20,000 nt of DNA from an uncultured virus (IMG/VR IMGVR_UViG_2651869816_000009) (taxonomy: Duplodnaviria; Heunggongvirae; Uroviricota; Caudoviricetes), in IMG/VR virus record IMGVR_UViG_2651869816_000009. The stretch is one strand, 5' to 3'. The translations under genes and the position numbers were made by a program. Positions 16,684 to 20,000 of this stretch are shown here, piece by piece. The notes under the pieces were generated by a model that saw only the letters and a program-made list of their open reading frames with translations, had not been told where the DNA came from and ran no database searches. Numbering within the stretch: the stretch's first letter is position 1; each line of letters starts with the position of its first letter.

Positions 16684-16697
16684 AATAAAATCTCTCC

Positions 16698-16898
16698 TTA
16701 GAATTCAATAAATTTATTTGGTTTTCCAGTGATTGTTGATAACACAAGGTGTAAATTTATTTCTTCAGACTTCGCAATATGATTGTAACCATGCGCGGTT
16801 TCGTTGTTCTGTAATGCTTCAATACGTTGTGTTATTTGTCTTTCAGCTAGATCAAAGCGCGCTTGCATTGCTTGTTTTTCGAAATCCATCGTTACCAC
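16698..16898 (-). CDS. Hypothetical protein (~63-66 aa)
   Basis: Track ORF; the start may be ATG 16889. Confidence 0.65.
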   Translation of the reverse strand: MVTMDFEKQAMQARFDLAERQITQRIEALQNNETAHGYNHIAKSEEINLHLVLSTITGKPNKFIEF

Positions 16899-17161
16899 CC
16901 TAAATCCTTTTTATAGTTTTTAGATGATACGACCAACTTTTTAGCGTCATACCCTCCTGTGTGCAATACGACATCACCTAAACTATGTCCGTATGTTCCT
17001 ACACAATCAACAAACCATGATATTTTTCTGTTTCTATATTCAACCGCTAAGTGCTCACATACAACGTCCCACGCTTCTTGTAATGTTGGTTGCTTATGAA
17101 TTTCTACTACCTTTTCAATAACTTGTGGCCCTTTAGTGTAATGACGTTTCTTTTTTGACAT
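16892..17161 (-). CDS. Hypothetical protein (89 aa)
   Basis: GGAGG SD. Confidence 0.7.
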   Translation of the reverse strand: MSKKKRHYTKGPQVIEKVVEIHKQPTLQEAWDVVCEHLAVEYRNRKISWFVDCVGTYGHSLGDVVLHTGGYDAKKLVVSSKNYKKDLGW

Positions 17162-17390
17162 GCTTCATTTCCTCCAATTTTGATAGTTTGATAAACTTCT
17201 TGATCTCTCTGTTGACTTCTTGCTCAACGTCCAACCAATAAAGAAGTTCTTTAGCGGATTCTTTTAATGCTACTGGATCAGTACCTTCATACTGTTTAGC
17301 TTGCTTTTGTATTAATTGTTGCTTTGCTATCACTTCGCCTTTTTGCTTTTTCAGTTGTGATAACTTCTGTGTTACCTCTAAAATGTTCAT
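17133..17390 (-). CDS. Hypothetical coiled-coil protein (85 aa)
   Basis: GGGGAG SD. Confidence 0.7.
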   Translation of the reverse strand: MNILEVTQKLSQLKKQKGEVIAKQQLIQKQAKQYEGTDPVALKESAKELLYWLDVEQEVNREIKKFIKLSKLEEMKHVKKETSLH

Positions 17391-17502
17391 GTTTATCTCC
17401 CCTTTTGTTTAATAGATCGGGATTTTCTTTTAAAAATCTGATAATCGGATCAAAAAAACTTTGTAACTGTTTATAATTCATTTGCAAATTGTTAGACTTC
17501 AT
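17296..17502 (-). CDS. Hypothetical protein (68 aa; 3' part overlaps the next gene)
   Basis: GAGGT SD right after the Cro-like gene; a 95-nt overlap lowers confidence in the C-terminal part. Confidence 0.45.
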   Translation of the reverse strand: MKSNNLQMNYKQLQSFFDPIIRFLKENPDLLNKRGDKHEHFRGNTEVITTEKAKRRSDSKATINTKAS

Positions 17503-17505
17503 ATA

Positions 17506-17754
17506 TCAGACCTCGCAACGTGCCTGATAGGTTTCTCGTACCATTTTTATGTAATCGGATTCCTTGCCAAAATAAAGATTAATAGGATCAATGCAATAAA
17601 TTTCAGCTAACTTTGTAGCCGTTTCCATTTTGATTTTACTAGTGTCCTTTTCTAGTCTTTGCAAAGTTGGATAGCTGATCCCCACCTTTTTTGCCACCTC
17701 TTCTAAAGATAGGTTCATGCGCTTTCTTGCTAATCTGAAAGTTAATTCCATCAT
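17506..17754 (-). CDS. Cro-like XRE HTH regulator
   Basis: ARKRMNLSLEEVAKKVGISYPTLQRLEK; first lytic gene, divergent from the repressor. Confidence 0.9.
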   Translation of the reverse strand: MMELTFRLARKRMNLSLEEVAKKVGISYPTLQRLEKDTSKIKMETATKLAEIYCIDPINLYFGKESDYIKMVRETYQARCEV

Positions 17755-17842
17755 ATTTCGTTCACTCTCTCTCTATTAAATTATTATGTAAAGAACGTAA
17801 TAATTAGATGCTTCATTTATTCCGCTCTCTCTTACAAAACTT

Positions 17843-17871
17843 ATGTTATCATTTCTTATTTATAAAAGCAA
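17843..17871 (-). promoter_or_regulatory. Early lytic promoter
   Basis: TTGCTT-17 nt-TAACAT with a TGn extension. Confidence 0.55.
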
Positions 17872-17879
17872 CACTTTTT

Positions 17880-17931
17880 GTCCCGTTTTATTAAACTTTT
17901 GTGATAAAATATTAAACTTTTTTGATGAAAA
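17880..17931 (+). promoter_or_regulatory. Putative operators of the genetic switch
   Basis: Tandem direct repeats TATTAAACTTTT(G/T)TGAT (17889, 17910) between the divergent promoters; they share the core of the window-wide motif. Confidence 0.55.
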
Positions 17932-17934
17932 GTA

Positions 17935-17964
17935 TTGATTTTCGAATCGCTTCTATTATATACT
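17935..17964 (+). promoter_or_regulatory. Repressor/integrase promoter
   Basis: TTGATT-18 nt-TATACT upstream of a GGAGG SD. Confidence 0.6.
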
Positions 17965-18003
17965 GAATAGGCAAGATAAATAACTTTCACTGGAGGAAAC
18001 GAC

Positions 18004-18636
18004 ATGCCTAGAAACTTTAAAACAGAAAAAGAAAGACAGATGGCTTTAAAACAATCCGAAAATATTAAACGTTTAATGGAGAAAAAAGGATTCCGCCAAG
18101 TGGATTTGGTTAACGCAACTGGAATTGCACGATCTACAATGTCAACTTATATCAACGCAAAAAGTGTTATACCGATGGTAGCACTTCAAAAAATCGCCGA
18201 CGCTTTAGGTGTTAGCAAGGCTCAAATAGTTGACCTTGATAAGTCGGAGTCAATCGCGGTTATGGGAATAAAAAGATTGCCTATTTACAATAATATTAAA
18301 TGTGAGTATGGAGAAATTGAATTAAATGATCCTTCTGGTTATCTTGATACACCTTTTTCATGGATTGGAAATAACGATCATTTCTATTATGAAGTTCAAG
18401 ATGATAGCATGTTTGGAATAACAGCGGGATCAAAGGCACTTATACACCGTCAATCAGTTATAGAAAATGGAGATATGGCCTTGATCGCCGTAAATAATGA
18501 AGTGTTGATCAGACGCGTTTATAAAGATAAAAATGAAATTACTCTTGATGCATTGATAAGAAAACAAACCATCGATGACAGAAAAACTTTATTCTCTGTT
18601 ATCGGAAAAGTGACAAAGGTTATAGGTGAATACTAA
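18004..18636 (+). CDS. CI-like repressor: XRE HTH plus degenerate S24 peptidase domain
   Basis: RQVDLVNATGIARSTMSTY HTH; DDSM, NGDMALI, RRVYK and VIGKV LexA-like C-terminal domain. Confidence 0.9.
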   Translation: MPRNFKTEKERQMALKQSENIKRLMEKKGFRQVDLVNATGIARSTMSTYINAKSVIPMVALQKIADALGVSKAQIVDLDKSESIAVMGIKRLPIYNNIKCEYGEIELNDPSGYLDTPFSWIGNNDHFYYEVQDDSMFGITAGSKALIHRQSVIENGDMALIAVNNEVLIRRVYKDKNEITLDALIRKQTIDDRKTLFSVIGKVTKVIGEY

Positions 18637-20000
18637 TGAGGTGTGCAATATATAGAAGAGTTTCTACAGATGAACAAGCGGAAAAAGGTCACTCTTTAGA
18701 TAATCAGAAATTCCGTTTAGAATCTTTTGCAATGTCGCAAGGCTGGGAAATAACAGGTGATTATGTAGATGATGGCTACAGCGGTAAAAATATGGAAAGG
18801 CCAGCTTTGAAAAGAATGTTTGCTGACATTGATAACTTTGACGTTATACTAGTTTACAAGTTAGATAGATTCACAAGATCTGTAAGAGATTTAAACGACA
18901 TGTTAGAAACTATCAAGGGTCATGAAATAGCTTTTAAGAGTGTAACGGAAGCGATAGATACAACAACAGCAACAGGAAGAATGATATTAAATATGATGGG
19001 ATCAACAGCGCAATGGGAACGCGAAATGATCTCAGAACGAATAAAAGATGTTCTAGGAAAGTTAGCCGAACAAGGTATATTCCCTAAAGGAAAACCAACG
19101 TACGGTTACAAAATAAAAAATGGCGTAATAAGCATAGATGAAGAAGAAGCTAAAATTGTCAAACTTATATTCGAAAAGTCAAAAACTCTAGGACAACATG
19201 CGGTTTCAAAATACCTTCGAGATAACGGGATATACACCCCTAGCGGTTCGACCTGGATGTCTGGAGGAATTGGACGAATCATAAGAAACCCTTTCTATTA
19301 CGGAGAAATGAAAGTGAATGGTAAACTGATCGCTATTAAAAATGAAGGTTATACACCGTTGATCAGTAAAGAAGAATTCGATCTAGTTAATAGAATTTCA
19401 AAAAGCAGGAATATGAAGAAGACAAAAAGAAAAAGCAATATTATATATCCCTTCAGTGGTATAGCGTTATGCCCACGATGTAACAAACCACTAAGAGGTG
19501 ATAGATCAAAAATTGGCGAAAAATATTACACTTATTACCGTTGTATGAACGCTCGTGAAGGTCGATGTACAATAAAAAGAATAAAAACACAAGTGATTGA
19601 CATTGCGTTCTCTGAATACGTGTCAGGCGCTTTCAACGAGTCTAACATACAAATAGATAATAAAGATGAAAGTATCGCATTAGAAAGAAAGATAGAGGCC
19701 TTAAAAAGTAAGGTAGATAGATTAAAAGAGTTGTATATAGACGGTGATATAACAAAAGTTAGATACAAAGAACAAACAGACGCTATAAACATTGAAATAA
19801 ACTCTATGCAAGATAAAATGTTATCGTTAGATGATGGAAAGATTACAGAAAAAGCTATAGAACAAGCTAAAGAATTGGAAAAAGTATGGTTATTGCTAGA
19901 TGACAAAACGAAAGATGAATCATTAAGAAGTGTATTTGATACAATAACTTTAAAAGAAACTGAACACGGAATAATTATAACAAGTCATTCGTTCCTTTAA
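18636..20000 (+). CDS. int: Large serine recombinase (phage integrase)
   Basis: YRRVSTDEQ catalytic Ser, DDGYSG..RP, YKLDRFTRS, recombinase domain (YGY, NPFYYG), zinc ribbon CPRC...YYRC..C, coiled coil; TAATG coupling to the repressor. Confidence 0.96.
   Translation: MRCAIYRRVSTDEQAEKGHSLDNQKFRLESFAMSQGWEITGDYVDDGYSGKNMERPALKRMFADIDNFDVILVYKLDRFTRSVRDLNDMLETIKGHEIAFKSVTEAIDTTTATGRMILNMMGSTAQWEREMISERIKDVLGKLAEQGIFPKGKPTYGYKIKNGVISIDEEEAKIVKLIFEKSKTLGQHAVSKYLRDNGIYTPSGSTWMSGGIGRIIRNPFYYGEMKVNGKLIAIKNEGYTPLISKEEFDLVNRISKSRNMKKTKRKSNIIYPFSGIALCPRCNKPLRGDRSKIGEKYYTYYRCMNAREGRCTIKRIKTQVIDIAFSEYVSGAFNESNIQIDNKDESIALERKIEALKSKVDRLKELYIDGDITKVRYKEQTDAINIEINSMQDKMLSLDDGKITEKAIEQAKELEKVWLLLDDKTKDESLRSVFDTITLKETEHGIIITSHSFL

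Larger units (their letters stand above)
1..20000. mobile_element. Temperate siphovirus / prophage (lysogeny, replication and packaging modules)
   Basis: Canonical gene order int-cI-cro-recombination-replication-terS-terL-portal-minor head. Confidence 0.97.

Noticed and set aside
1168..19906. Opposite-strand or nested track ORFs (e.g. 1250-1525, 9845-10168, 10406-10699, 14531-14758, 19535-19906)
   Set aside because: Shadows of well-supported genes.
19980..20000. Attachment site
   Set aside because: The window ends at the integrase stop codon; att would lie outside it.

Overview
Early and packaging half of a temperate siphovirus/prophage of a low-GC Firmicute. A Bacillus-type host is an inference from composition, SD sequences and gene families. 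Right to left: large serine integrase and XRE/S24 repressor (+ strand), then a long minus-strand lytic arm. That arm carries a Cro-like HTH, Gp157, Sak3-like annealase, two wHTH proteins, a replication initiator with internal iterons, a Rha/ORF6C protein, DnaB helicase, a DUF1064 nuclease, many micro-ORFs, terS, PBSX-type terL, an SPP1-type portal and a truncated minor head protein. Most notable: (1) a ~1.4 kb non-coding, promoter- and terminator-bounded, highly structured minus-strand RNA (~5045-6457) with long G-U-containing stems, several anti-Shine-Dalgarno segments and a terminal tRNA-like element; (2) an asymmetric 18-bp motif (ATCY-N4-YTATTAAACA) repeated at least 9 times co-oriented with transcription, stoperator-like; (3) a repressor whose self-cleavage residues look lost; (4) a second copy of the origin iterons about 6 kb from the origin. 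All calls were made by eye, without database searches.
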